This document shows positions 28,018 through 40,899 of a stretch of 64,000 nt of DNA, in pieces. Position numbers and translations under genes: made by a program. Below the pieces are notes generated by a model. The model ran no database searches. It was not told the DNA's origin and worked only from the letters and a program-made list of their open reading frames with translations. Within the stretch, counting starts at the first letter, position 1, and each line of letters starts with the position of its first letter. The stretch is from Camelus ferus (lineage: Eukaryota), in contig NC_045697.1 in NCBI RefSeq assembly GCF_009834535.1, positions 17,362,001 to 17,426,000 of the forward strand, given 5' to 3'.

Positions 28018-29367
28018 AAGAACATGGGAATTTGATTGGCTATTGCTAAGTGGACTTGATACTTTAGGGGGAGATAGTGAAAGACTGATTAATCTGCAAT
28101 TCAAAGCTCAATGTGAAAGCCAGAAGATCTTCTGGGAGCATATGATGAGGTTTCATCTCCTGCAGTGGGAAGACCGAAAACTGAGGACCAATCCCAGGAC
28201 TTAACTAAACAGTAGCAGAAGGCTGAGTGGAAACTTGGGCAGGCATGATATTTCAAGGTTAGGTCCCTGGTTGGGAAAGAGTAGGACTCTGACACATGGA
28301 ATGAGGACATTTAGGTTGATATACATAAAAAGTCTTGAACCCCTAAATTCTCTACAACCTGCTGTGCCTGCCAAAATGCCCCACTACTTCCTATTAAAAG
28401 CGAGTGCTCCTTCATGTGAGATGAGAGGCCTTCTGAGCAGGATGATATGCACCTCCCTCAGGATATACCTCTGCCTTCCCTGCTGGCCACTAGGCAATGA
28501 TTAAGTAGCAATATATGATATTCCAGGGACAGTCTAAGGCTAATAATATTGGAAGCAACTCCCAAGAAGCTGTAGGACCTGGCCAACCAGCAGGAGCCAG
28601 GGAAGTATGCATGAGATTGAATTCTGAAGGTTCTGGATAAAGAAGGGAAGAGAGAGTGGGAACATAGTTGGATGAAGGAGAATTTATCAATTTGAGAATA
28701 CACTCCCAGGACACAGGATTTAAACACTCATGCAGGAATCCCAAGTGATGCAGAACACACTCAAGATGTCATCAAGAGGCATGGAAAAAGCAACGGCTCA
28801 CAGTAGACCAACTTAGTTAGAAATGTTGAAACTGCTGTGGTTGACACTGTAAGGGGGGATTAAAGGGCACAAATAAGTGAACATGCTAGAGCAAAAATAT
28901 TTGTATAAAGCTGGAAAACTCAGCCAATGAATATATTCCCCAGAAAAGTTCAGAGGATATACCACTTATCAAATCAAAAAGGAGTTTTCTGGTGACATGC
29001 ATCAACATCACTCATGAGTTCAATGGTGGCTCTCTTTGTAGTCTGGGCCTGAAGGTACAAGATGACATTTCAGAACTGGGCTCCTGAAAGCAGTAGAGAT
29101 AATAGGACCCTGTAACATAGAGGTCTTATGGTGGTATCTAAACATCCAAAACCAAGTGGACACTACAAGGTAGAAGTGCAGTCCAGGGCACCTGACCCAT
29201 AGAATTATAGAGATGGCAAGCAGGTCAAGTCATCTAGGGCAAAATAGATGGGCAGCCATCAAAGGAAGTCCTCAATCTGAACAACTGAAGTAAATCAAGG
29301 ATGGACAATCAAGAGGTTGAGATCAGTTACCCCAAAGAAAACTTGCCCAGTTTCTGAACCTAAACCA

Positions 29368-29786
29368 CGTCAAATACCAAATTCTGCATGCTGAGTAAAA
29401 CAAAGCAGAAATATAAGTTTATTGCAAGGGTTTCAATGTGCAAACCAGGACATTCAAGTCTACCAGAGCAATGAGTTCCAAGTTGCTCACAGACTAAAAG
29501 GTTTTTGTTGGGTAAATGCAGAAGTTGTTTGTCTTTTTAAGCTGTTTGGTTACCAGGTGGTCTTCCTTATTTTGATCAGGGTAGCTGAGTCAGAGGAACA
29601 AAGAAATCCAAATAGACTTGGCATTGGGGGATTACCTGGCATCGTCTGATGATTTCTGAGAAGAGTTGTAAATTCCTGCAGCATATGTTAGGTAAGGTTA
29701 AGTTTCATTTTTCCTTAAGGCACTTGCATTGGTCAACTCCACTGTGTCCCCAACATAAGTGACTCTATTTTAGTTTTGATTCCTCA
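29368..29786 (-). mobile_element. Solo ERV1-type LTR inserted in the ERV-L gag/pro region
   Basis: Minus strand starts TGAGGAATCAAAACTAAAATAGAGTCACTTATG and has AATAAA near its end. ERV-L sequence resumes on both sides. Confidence 0.6.
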
Positions 29787-29953
29787 ATCGGTTTCTCAGC
29801 CTGAAATACATTAATTACTGAAGAAACGTGTCCCTAGGAGAAAGGACTCTATGACACCATAATAATTGTAATAATTCCCCGAGTCCTTTCCTCAAGGGAT
29901 CTATACCATTTGCTTATGTAGCCGTATGCTGGAGAATAGAGAATATGCAAATA

Positions 29954-30210
29954 TTTCAAGGACAGTTGGGTACAGAATCTGAGCTGACATTGATACTGAG
30001 AGACTCAAAGTGTCATTATGGACTCTGTTAGAATGGGAGCAGATGGGAGCCTGGAATGGAGGTCTCACCCAGGTCCAGCGCATAGTAGTTTTCCTGGGTT
30101 CTCAAACACACTCACTTGTCATGTCTCCAGTCCACAAATGTACACTTAGAATAGACATCCTTGGTAGTTTGCACAACCCCCATATTGAATTTTTGGCCTG
30201 TAAGGAGTAA
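29954..30210 (+). pseudogene. ERV-L protease relic
   Basis: FQGQLGTESELTLI (decayed LDTGSELTLI) followed by THSLVMSPVHKCTLRIDILGSLHNPHI (ORF 30010..30210). Confidence 0.75.
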
Positions 30211-30289
30211 GAGCTGTCATAGTGGGGAATGCCAAGTAGAAGCTTATGAAACTGCACCTCCCACCCCAGCCAAGATACTAAATAAGAAA

Positions 30290-31935
30290 CAACCTGGGGA
30301 GAAATTTCCACTTACACCTCCAGCATGTAAAGAGCTGTAGGAGTTACCATTTATGTTCTTAGAAGAAAAAGCTGAAGAAACTGAAAGCCAATGGCTTTTC
30401 TTGGAACCATTAGAAAACTGAGGTTGGCGAGTAAACTGACACCTTGAAGTCTGGAGAGATAGGCAAGTTTGTAGAGTCACAGCAAAGATCTGTTTACATA
30501 GAGCAGAAGCCACTGGAGTCATAACTGTTTGGTGCAGTCACCTAAATGATCATTTTGGCAAATTACTAAAGGCTGAGAGGGGCTATCTGGAGAGTGAGAA
30601 ATTCCTGTGGTCCCCAGTATTAGGGGGGCTCCCACATTTCAGTGGATTTTACCTCTAGGAATCCCATCAAGTTTTCACAATAAAGAGCCAAGTAAGATAC
30701 TCTCATGGCTCTGCTAGAATGGGAGAAGACTTTACTGGAGCCTTGTCCCACCTTGGAGGAGGGCAATTCTCCCACTCCAACCCCTTCTAGTCATCCTGCC
30801 TCACCGAAAAAGGGTAAAAAAAAGCTAAGAAAGACTTGTGGCGGTCACAGCTCAGAAATACAAGCCCATTAAAAGACTGAGATTCCATCATAAGAGTGGA
30901 GAACACTCCCCCTCCCCACCAGCAGGACTCTGGTATAACAGTGGATTAGCACTGAAAGAGCTGCCAGATAAGGACTCTTAACTGAGGAAAATTCCTAGGG
31001 AAACCCTAGTCAACAGGGGAGAGTAAAGGACACCAGAGGAATTTGAAGCCTTCAGCACCTACAGCTACAGCAAACATTAAACGTGGCCCAACTTCTGCCA
31101 GATAAACATAAAACCACACACTAAAGACCTACTGTTTACTTCAGTTCCTATTACCCAATACATCACACCAGCTTTCAAGAAGAAATTACAAGGCATGCTA
31201 AAAGACAACAGAAAGCGTAGTGTGAAGAGACAAAGCAAGCATTAGAACCAGACTCAGATATGACACACATTTTGGAATTATCAGACAGGAAATTTAAAAT
31301 AACTGATTAGAAGGCTAAGGGCTCTAATGGAAAAAATAAATGACACACAAGAGCAGATGGGTAGTATAAGTAAAGAGATGGAAACACTAAAAAAGAATGA
31401 AAAGGAATTGCTAGAAGTCAAAAACACTGTAACGGAGATGAAGAATGCCTTGCGAAGAATATTAACAGAAGTTCTTCAAGGAAAGGGAAGTGATACAATA
31501 CAGATCAGAAACTCAGATCTACATAAAGAATTGGAGAAGGAATAAATGAAGGTAAAATAAAATCATTTATTTTTCTTATTCTTAGTTGATCCAACAGATA
31601 ACAGTTCATTTAAAGTAATGTTGATAACGTATTGGGTGGTTCTAGCAAATGGATAAGTGAAATGAATGACAGCAGTGTCTTAAGGGATGGGAGGGAAATA
31701 CTGGGGGTACTCTGGTAAGTTACCTGTAGTATACATGAAGCAGTATAATGTTATTTGAAGATGGACTTAGCTAAGTTGAAAGGTATATTGAAAACTCTAA
31801 GGCAACCACTAAAGTTTTGGGGAAATGTAATTAATATGCTGAGTGAGGAGACAAGGAGATAAGATGAAATCATATAAAATGTTCAACTGAAACCTGAGAA
31901 GGCAGAAAAAGAGGGTGAGAGAAAATAAAGAACAA
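30290..31935 (+). mobile_element. Old L1M 5' region with internally deleted ORF1 and inter-ORF segment
   Basis: ORF 31327..31545 (MEKINDTQEQMG...LEVKNTVTEMKNA) is an L1 ORF1 coiled-coil relic. Confidence 0.7.
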
Positions 31936-32050
31936 CTCTATGAAAAGGAATGTGTATATATATATATATATCTCCATATAACTGAACCACTATGCTATAC
32001 ACCTGAAGCTAACACAACATTACAAACCAACTATACTTCAATAAAAAAAA
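31936..32050 (+). mobile_element. Short L1 3' tail insertion
   Basis: TATACACCTGAAGCTAACACAACATT...AACTATACTTCAATAAAAAAAA with TSD AAAGAACAA. Confidence 0.75.
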
Positions 32051-32084
32051 GAACAAATGCAATGAATAGAAAACAGTTACAAAA

Positions 32085-32806
32085 TCACCTCAGGGAAACA
32101 ACAAAATACAAACAACCTACTTTAAAAAATGGGTAAAGGACTTTAATAGGCACTTCTCCAAAAAAGATATGCAGATGCCCAATAAGCACATAAAAAGATG
32201 CTCAACATCACTAATCATTAGGGAAGTACAAATCAAAATCACAATAAGAAATCACTTACACTCATTAAGATGCCTATTATAAAAACAAACAAGCAGCATA
32301 TAACAAGTGTTGGTGAGGATGTGGAGAAATTGTAACCCTTTGTGCATGGTAGTTGGGAATGTAAAATGGTGCAGCCACTATGGAAAACAGTATGATGATT
32401 AAACACCAAAAGATTAAACAGAATTACCATGTGACTCAGCAATTCCTCTTCCGGGCATATATCCAAAAGAATTGAAAGCAAGGACTTAAATAGACATTTG
32501 TACATCCCTGTTCATAAGAGCATTATTTCTCAATGGCCAAAAGGTGGAAATAACCCAAATATTAATTGATGGATGAGTGGATAAACAAAATGTGGTATAT
32601 ACAAACAATGGAATATTATTTTTAATAAGGCATGAAAATCAGACCATCTATAATATAGATGAACCTTGAAAACAATACGCTGAGGGAAATGAGATGCTGA
32701 GATATCTGGAGATTAATGGTGGTGGTGGTTGCACAACTATGTGAATGTACTTAATGCCACTGAATGTATATTCTAAAATGGCTAAAATGATACATTTTAT
32801 GTTATG
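32085..32806 (+). mobile_element. L1MB-like ORF2 3' end and 3' UTR
   Basis: AAAAGATGCTCAACATCACTAATCATTAGGGAA, TGTTGGTGAGGATGTGGAGAAA, GGTTGCACAACTATGTGAATGTACTTAATGCCACTGAA. Confidence 0.85.
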
Positions 32807-33141
32807 TAGTCATCCCTTGGTATTCAAGGGGGAATGGTTCCGCAACCCCCACAGGTACCAGAATCCACAGATGCTCAAATGCCTTATATAAAATGGTGTA
32901 ATATTTGCATATAACCTATACACATTCTCCTGTATATTTTAAGTCATCTCTACATTACTTATAATACCTAATACAATGTAAATGTTATGTAAATAGTTGT
33001 AAATACAATGTAAATGATATGCAAATATTTGCCAGAGTATGGCAAATTCAAGTTTTGCTTTTTGGAACTTTCTGGAATTTTTTTAATATTTTTGATCCGC
33101 CTTTGGTTGAATTTGTACATGCGGATATAGAGGGCCAACTG
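32807..33141 (+). mobile_element. MER2/MER2B-like TcMar-Tigger MITE inserted in the L1 tail
   Basis: Termini TAGTCATCCCTTGGTAT...ATATAGAGGGCCAACTG followed by TA. Internal GCATATAACCTA and TTATAATACCTAATACAATGTAAATG. Confidence 0.82.
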
Positions 33142-33299
33142 TACGTATTTTACCACCCACATTTTTTAAAAAACTGAGAGAAAAAGGTAAAAATGGTTGT
33201 CTCGCTTAAAGACCTAAGAGATGGATGGGTGGCAAATCAACTCTTTCTATCCGTATCAAAAAGAGAATCAGAAATAACTCACTCCTTTGGAATGTGTGA

Positions 33300-33450
33300 G
33301 GTTATCCATATATAGCTTTGTCCTTAAGCTGTGTTAACTCTCTGTCCTCTGTCACAACATAGTCTGAAGAGACATGAACCAGCTGGACATCCCACAGAAA
33401 ATCGCACTGGTCCAGTAAATTGATGACATCATGATTGTTGGACAAAATGC
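33300..33450 (+). pseudogene. ERV-L reverse transcriptase relic
   Basis: LDIPQKIALVQ*IDDIMIVG, a YIDD motif with Tyr mutated to a stop at ~33416. Confidence 0.75.
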
Positions 33451-34388
33451 ACAAGAAGTTGCTAGGATATTAAAAAAAAAACATGATATGTTTCAATTAA
33501 TATGTGTATATGTGTTTATATGTGAACTTATTATGTCCAGGATCTATTCCTAATTAAAACTTTTTAAATTAAAAAAATAAGTTGCTAGAATATTGGAGGC
33601 CTTGGTAATTCACATGCATTCTTTTTGTTGTTGTTGTTGTTCCAGTTCTGTGAAAAATGCCCTTGGTTTTTTGTTTTTTGTTTCTGTTTTTTTTTTAGTG
33701 GAGGGCATGAACCTTAGAAGATTCAGAAGCTTACCACATAAGTAATTTTTTAGAGTCCAGTGATCTTGGGTATGCTGGAACATCCCCTCCAAAGTAAAGG
33801 AGGAATTACTGCACCTTGTAACTCCCATTATAAGAAAGGCAGCACTATACCTGCCACATAGGCCTCTTCAGGTTCTGGAAGCTATAGTCCTAGCAATAAT
33901 GCACTAACTCAAATCTGACACAGAAGGATGCCATTTTTCTGTGGGGTCCACAGCAGGAGAGGACTCTACAGCCTGTCCAGGCCCAAAGCCAGCAGCAGCA
34001 GCTGGCCTCTTGGACCACACAGCCCAGCAGACCCTATAGTGGGAAAATATGACATGTAGATTTTATGGCAAGCTTCAGTAGGAGAATCACATTGTAGATC
34101 CATAGGGTTCTGGATCAAAGCCATACCAACTGCAACAGAAAGTTGTATACCTTTCAAAACTCAGCTCTTGTAGTACTGCCAGGTCTCAGCAGAGACAAGT
34201 ACCTCACCATGGAATAGCAAGTGACCATGACACCAGAACTACCCTTCAGGAGATATTTCTGTCACCCACTGTAAGCCAAAAGGTGGGACGGGCCCAGATG
34301 GAAGAGGTACATCTAGGAATGAGTATCAGTAAGACCTGAGAGCACAAGCAAGATGTAAGAGAAGATAGCATGCAGGTAGGACACAGCA

Positions 34389-34785
34389 CCTGGTGGTATG
34401 CTGGACCCAGTCTGCGCTAGCTCCTGAAAGCTCACTGTTAAGTTTCCAAGAAGGTTGCCATCCTGTTGACATCACATTGTAGTTTGAAATTGACCATAGT
34501 GGAAGTATTCACACCATGAAAATTAGCAAATACTACAAATCAGATTTTTTTTCCTCCTTTTCAGAAAACTGGTTTTTATTTTTATTTTTATTCAATTTAT
34601 TTATTTTATTGAAGTATAGTTGATGTACAATATTATTTAAGTTATAGGTGTATAATGTAGTGATTCACAGCTTTTAAAGATTATATGCCATTTATAGTTA
34701 TTCTAAAATATTGTCTGTAATTCCTGTGTTGTACAATTTATTCTTGTAGAGAGCTGGTTTTAAAATATTTACCAATAGATGCCTG
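34389..34785 (+). mobile_element. MER63A-like hAT element interrupted by a minus-strand L1 tail (~34578-34748)
   Basis: GGTGGTATGCTGGA start and GAAGTATTCACACCATGAAAATTAGCAAATACTACAAATCAG. L1 TSD AGA(A/G)A(A/G)CTGGTTTT. Confidence 0.65.
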
Positions 34786-35435
34786 CTTAGCTCACATCTT
34801 TTAGTGCATGGTGGAGTCGGGGAATCCTTGATGATCAGTTGATGTAGCAAGAAAAAGCCTGGGCTTGATTCACAAATGACTCAACTTACTTTGTTGGTAC
34901 AAGCTACAAATGGGTGATGGCTGCACTGCTCCACCCAGTGTGGTTTTGAGAGATGATGGTGAGGGAAATTCCTCCCACCTGGTCAGCCACTTTATGTGGA
35001 AAGAGAAGTAGCCTAAAATTAGAATACACAGGGACTCACAGGCAGTGCTGAATAGCTTGGCCATCTGGTCAGAGGTCTGGAAGCAGAAAGCTTGGAAGAT
35101 TGAAGAACAACAAAGACTGGGGTAAAGCCATGTGGGTGAACATACGGAAGTGAGCATAGAGTGTGAAGATCTTTATTTCACATGTTAATGACCAACAGTG
35201 AACATTCACTGTAGAAGAGGCACTGAAAAACACACATATCAGTTGATACAAGTCAGCCTCTGACATCAGCCACTCTGGTGCTCGCATGATGGGCACATGA
35301 GTGGGATTCCCACCACGGCAGGGATGGAGGTATACACGGATGTAATAGCACTGGTCCTACTTACAGCTGATCCAGTTACTGCCACCACTGAATGTCCAAC
35401 CTTCTAGCAACAGAAACCAATGCTGACTGCCCAGT

Positions 35436-35760
35436 ATGACACAATCCCTCAAAGAGACCAAGCAAGCACTTGGTGACAACTTAACAGTATTGGATACTAT
35501 CTTCCGTTTGACAAGAATAGACAGGTATTCTAGGCGTGGATTTGCCTTTCCTGCCTGGAGAGCCTCAGCCAGTACCATTATCCAAGCATATATAGAATAT
35601 TTAATCCTCCAGCATGAGATTCCACATACTATTGTGTTACACAAAGGAACCTTCCACTTAACATTAAAGGAGATGCTGGGACAGGCACACGACCATGAGA
35701 TCCACTGTTCATATCACATACTGCAATACCCAGAAGCCACTACCCTGATGGAAGAACCGG
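35436..35760 (+). pseudogene. ERV-L integrase core relic
   Basis: LTRIDRYSRRGFAFPAWRASASTII...HEIPHTIV...IHCSYHILQYPEA (ORF 35436..35804) matches the ERV-L integrase pattern. Confidence 0.82.
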
Positions 35761-36017
35761 CTCAAAGACAATACCTTGTGAGCATGACACACCATCCTCC
35801 ATAATGCAGTGCACATTCTAAATAAATGACCCTTACATGCTGCTGTTTCCCCAGTAGGTGGAATACGTAGGCCTAGGGATCAAGAGATGGAAGCAGTACT
35901 TCCATTTTCCTTCAGTCCTAACGATCCATTCTGGGCATTTTTGCTTCCCATTCCTGAAACTTTGGGTTCTGAACAGCCAAGAGTCTTGTTTCCTAAGAGG
36001 GAGTACTTTCACCCTGG

Positions 36018-36150
36018 CTGCCACCTGGGCTATTTAAGCTCCTCATGCCAAGGGACCAGAGGGCAAGAAGAGGAATCACCATCCTGGCCCTAGTCACCAG
36101 GAGGAGACAAGACTGCTGTTCCACAGTGGGGGCAGAAAATAATATGCTTT
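36018..36150 (+). pseudogene. ERV-L dUTPase relic
   Basis: In-frame LPPGLFKLLMPRDQRARRGITILA downstream of the integrase, the position typical of ERV-L. Confidence 0.65.
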
Positions 36151-36799
36151 CCACCCATGGTCCATTTGAGTACCTCTTGGTACTCTCTTGTCCAATTTTG
36201 ATAGTAAATAGACCAATGTAGCAGGCACAGCCTGAAACTAGCATAGTGACTAAGGACTCAGACCCTAAGAGTTGAGAGTCTGGATCACACTACTAGGTGA
36301 GCCACCAGGAGCACCAGAGGTGCTGGCTGAGGGTGAGGGTAGATGGCTGGTGGAGGAGGAGATGATGAGTATTCATTGCAGCACTGAGACCTGCTAGAGC
36401 GGTCATGTCTATAGTTGATCTCAATGGAGTACCTCCTCCCAGGTGACCTGTAACTGATCATCATGGAAATATAAATCCTGGTCCCAGCCATCATGATCTA
36501 GATCAAACTGGGAGGGCTTTCCTAGCTTTGGAATTCCTGTTGGAATCGACTTAGACCTTTTGGGAAACTAACACAGCCAAACTCCCCTCTGCCAGATCCT
36601 ACTTTCTTCCCTTTCTTTCCACTGGTGTTGATCCCTGAAGCAGTCCCTAATAAACTTCCTACATGCTGATCTCAGTGTCAGTCTGCTTCCCAGGAAACTC
36701 AACTGAGGATCCTAGGATGGTTCCTTTATTTTCAGTATGAACAACCTTCAAACAAATTCTAGGTGAATGGTCAGAAAGTTTGAAAGCCTCTTATGTACA

Positions 36800-37920
36800 C
36801 TCATTCATTCATTCATTCAACAATTATTTATTTAGCACCAACTAGATATCAAGAACCATTCTGGAAGCTAAGGCTATAGTGATAAAAAAAATTAATTAAA
36901 AAGATCCCTTCCCTTGTGGCACTTATATTCTAGTGGAGGGTAACCAACAATAAGCATGAAATGAGTAAGAGAATTTCAGATATTGATGGATGCTATGAAG
37001 AAAAAAGAGGCTAGTCTGACAGAGTGACTGGAGGTGCTACATGTATGATGGACTACACTGAGAAGGTGGCTGGGAAAAGCTTCTCTTGGAAGATGACATT
37101 TGAGCCAGGATAAGAGACACCTAGCCTTTCAAGAACTTTGTAACAATATTCCAGGCAGGAAAAAAAAAAAAAGCATGTATAGGGAAGGAAATGAGTATGA
37201 GTGTGTAAAAATAGAAAAAAAGAAAAAAAGCCAGAATGGAAGGAGGTGGTGACCAACAGGGAGCAGGCTAAGAGGGGACCATTGCAGTAGGCAGGGGGTC
37301 AGATTGTGTAGGACCCAAGTATCAGTGTAAGGAGTTTGGATTAATTCTAATTTCAATGGAAATCCATCAGAGGATTTTAAACAAGGGAGTAGTATCATGT
37401 TTTACTTTTTAATAAGTTGCTTTATTTGTTTTTGGAGAACCAACGTTGGGAGGAAAAGGCAAAAGTGAGAGCAGGAAAAATGTTGTAAAAAGCTATCAAA
37501 GTAGCTCAGGTGAGAAATCATGGTGACTACACCTGGGATGGTGGCAATAAAGCAAAGATGTAGTTGGATTTGGGATCTATTTTAAAGGCAGTGGAGAGGG
37601 TATAGCCCAGTGGTAGAGCGCATGCTTAGCATACACAGGCAAGGTCCCAGGTTCAAGCCTCAGTACCTCTATTTAAAAAATAAACAAATAAACCTAATTA
37701 CCTCCCCCTCCCAAAAAAGATTAAAAAAAAAAAAAGGAAGGATATTTTAAAGGCAGAGTCAACAGGATGTGCTAATGGATTATCTCAGTGGAAGTTCACG
37801 ATAACAGATAGAAGAGTATAGAATGTCTGATCAATCTAGAGCTGTTTATTAAGATGGGAGGATTGTGGTGGGTGGGTTGGAGGGAATGAATCACAAGTTC
37901 TATTTTGGTTTTACTAAGAG
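36800..37920 (-). mobile_element. L2a-like fragment
   Basis: (CATT)n tail at 36801-36819 and typical L2 motifs. Confidence 0.75.
37592..37738 (+). mobile_element. tRNA-derived SINE, Vic-1-like, inserted in an L2
   Basis: Same head and body. TSD TATTTTAAAGGCAG on both sides. Confidence 0.9.
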
Positions 37921-38515
37921 ACATGACACAGAGTAATAGGTGAAATCATGAGTTCTGATACACTGTCCAGGGTTAGCTGGTAAAAAATAATATTGAGTTC
38001 CCCCAGCAAGAAGTCAGGCCACTTCTGGATTGCCAGTCAACTACTGCAAACATCGGAGGGATCTGGGACAAGGATATCAATGAATGCTCCTGGCCTGTAG
38101 TATACACACCTTCTCTCTCCTCCCTGTATGGACACCCCAGCACAACTGTGATGGCTCTGGTCTAGGTTCCCATGGGCACAGACTCCAAGCAGCCACACTT
38201 CCTTAGCCCTGTAGACACCTGGCCAAGAGACCTGGTCAAGTGGGTGAGCATTGCCAGAGAAGAGCCCCAGTGGAGCCCTGTGGAGCCCAGGGCTCAGGGC
38301 AGGAGCCCAGCTCCCAGGGTCTAAGGAAGATCCTGCTCTAGGCTCTAATAATTTGTACCAGTTTCTACCCGCAGCATGAAAACTGTATAAACAGAGCAGT
38401 AAGAAGCTCAGAGCACCTTGTTATCAGCCCCCTACAGGTGCTGAATTTTTTTAAAAGGAAGTAAGAAGAATGGGAGCCTATAAAGAAAACAAAAAGGAAC
38501 AGAAAGTGAGGAAGG

Positions 38516-39776
38516 ACAAGATACAATAAACCTCCTAGAAGAAAATATAGGCAGAACATTATCTGACATACATCTCAAAAATGCTGTCCTAGGGCAGTCT
38601 ACCCAAGCAATAGAAATAAAAGCAAGAATAAACAAATGAGACCTAATTAAACTTACAAGCTTCTACACAGCACAGGAAGCCATAAGTAAAACAAAACGAC
38701 AACCTACAGAATGGGAGAAAATTTTTGCAAACAATGAAACCAACAAAGGCTTGCTCTCCAGAATATATAAGCAGCTCATACAACATAATAAGAAAAAAAC
38801 AAACAACCCAATCCAAAAATGGGCAGAGGACCTAAACAACCAATTCTCCAAGGAAGAAATACAAATGATCAATAGGCACATGAAAAAATGCTCAATATCA
38901 CTAATTATCAGAGAAATGCAAATCAAAACTATGATGAGGTATCACCTCACACCAGCCAGAATGGCCATCATTCAAAAGTCCACAAATGACAAATGCTGGA
39001 GAGGCTGTGGAGAAGAGGGAACCCTCCTACACTGCTGGTGGGAATGCAGTTTGGTGCAGCCACTGTGGAAAACAGTATGGAGATTCCTCAAAAGACTAGA
39101 AATAGACTTACCATATGACCCAGAAATCCCGCTCCTGGGCATATATCCAGAAGGAACCCTACTTCAAAAAGACACCAGCACCCCAATATTCATGGCAGCA
39201 CTATTTACAATAGCCAAGACATGGAAACAGCCTAAATGTACATCAGCAGATGACTGGATAAAGAAGATGTGGTATATTTGTACAATGGAATACTATTCAG
39301 CCATAAAAATGACAACGCCATTTGCAGCAACATGGATGTTCCTGGAGAATATCATTCTAAGTGAAGTGAGCCAGAAAGAGAAAGAAAAATACCATATGAG
39401 ATCACACATATGTGGAATCTAAAAAAAAAAAAAAAAAAAAAAAAAGAACATAAATACAAAACAGAAACAGACTCATAGATATAGAATACAAACTTGTGGT
39501 TGCCAAGGGGGTGGGGGGTAGGAAGGGACAGACTGGGATTTCAGAATTTGTAGATACTGAAAGGCTTATGCAGAATGGATAAACAAGATTATACTGTATA
39601 GCACAGGGAGATGTATACAAGATCTTGTGGTAGCTCACAGTGAAGAAAAATGTGACAATTATTATATGTATGTTCATATATAATTGAAAAATTGTGCTCT
39701 ACACTGGAATTTGACACAACATTGTAAAATGACTATAACTCAATAAAATATGTTACAAAAATAGAATAAAATAAAA
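38516..39776 (+). mobile_element. Relatively young 5'-truncated L1 (ORF2 C-terminus plus 3' UTR)
   Basis: ORF 38751..39422 has the ORF2 Cys-rich motif [20 protein letters not shown]-rich 3' UTR, AATAAA at 39742, TSD 38501-38515 / 39864-39878. Confidence 0.93.
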
Positions 39777-40899
39777 CTATGAGATCTCAATTAAATATTT
39801 ACAATGGGCAACACGGTGCCTGCAAAAAAAAAAAAAAAAAGATTTAGAATGAGAAAAAAAAAAAGAAAGTGAAGAAGGCAAGCCCATCACACTGTGAGAG
39901 ACTTGAGAACAGTGGCCACATGGTACCCAAGCTTGAAGCCTCAGCACAATGCCTGTAATTTACTAGGTGTCCCCTAGTAAAACTAGGTGGGGACAGCTTC
40001 TCTTTCCAGCACCAGCTTTACACTCTTTTAAGGCACATCTTCCTCTTGGGGAAGTACCATCGAGGGTGATTTGTCCATGTTTCTCAGTTGGGTGAAATAA
40101 ATGTCACTGAGCAATCAGCCTTTTGGTTCTTGTTCTCTTGGATCTGCACACCAACAAAGGAGTCCATTCTCTTCCTTCAGTCCCGCTCCTCAGAGGAAGT
40201 TTGCTGAGACAGGGCACCCACCCTTTTCTCACCACCCAGCCCCGCCCCATTCCCCCCAAAAGAGGGGGGAGGCCTGCAGTTTCCAAGCTGTGCTACTTCC
40301 ATTCAGAGAGGGAAGAAATATTAGTCCCACTATCAGTCTCACATCTAAGATACAGTTCTTGGTCAGTTCTCCAAAAGCCAATTTTCTAAAAGCCAATTCA
40401 CCAAAGGCTGATTTAATGCATGGCCCAGCCTCCAAGACCCAATCACTAGGAGTCTGCTGTGAGGCTTTTCTGTATCTTCCATGTCTCTCCTTAACATGCT
40501 CATGCTTTCCTCCACCTTCTTGAATATAATTTAATGCCATCATCTACTAATTTTATCATGTGTTATTTCTGGCTCTGTTTTATTGATTAATTTTTCTCAT
40601 CATTATGAGTTACATTATTCTGCTTCTTTGCATGCCTGGTAAATTTTTATTGGATGTAAATACTTTGAATTTTGTCTTGTTTGATAGTGGATATTTTTTT
40701 TTTCCTTTGAATAGTTTGGGGCTCTATTCTAGGACACAGTTAAGTTACTTGGAAGGAATTCAATCCTTTCAAAACTTGTGTTTTTCCTTTGTTAGTTGGG
40801 TTCATAAAAGCCGTTAGTCTAGGGCTAATTCTGGGAATTATTCTGCCTAATCTTTTCTGGTGGTCTTCCCCTAACCTCATGTAGTTTTCTCACACACAC

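Larger units (their letters stand above)
26500..36710 (+). mobile_element. Decayed class III ERV-L provirus with LTR16/LTR33-like LTRs (~26500-27657 and ~36400-36710)
   Basis: Both LTR ends share GTGTTGATCC...CCCTAATAA...GTCTGCTTC. Internal relics occur in the order protease, RT, integrase, dUTPase. Confidence 0.8.

Noticed and set aside
38751..39422. 223-aa ORF as a host gene or active element
   Set aside because: It is the L1 ORF2 C-terminus in a 5'-truncated copy that lacks the endonuclease and RT domains.
40101..40543. Cluster of overlapping ORFs up to 140 aa
   Set aside because: No recognisable domain or splice structure, and it lies in repeat-rich intergenic DNA.
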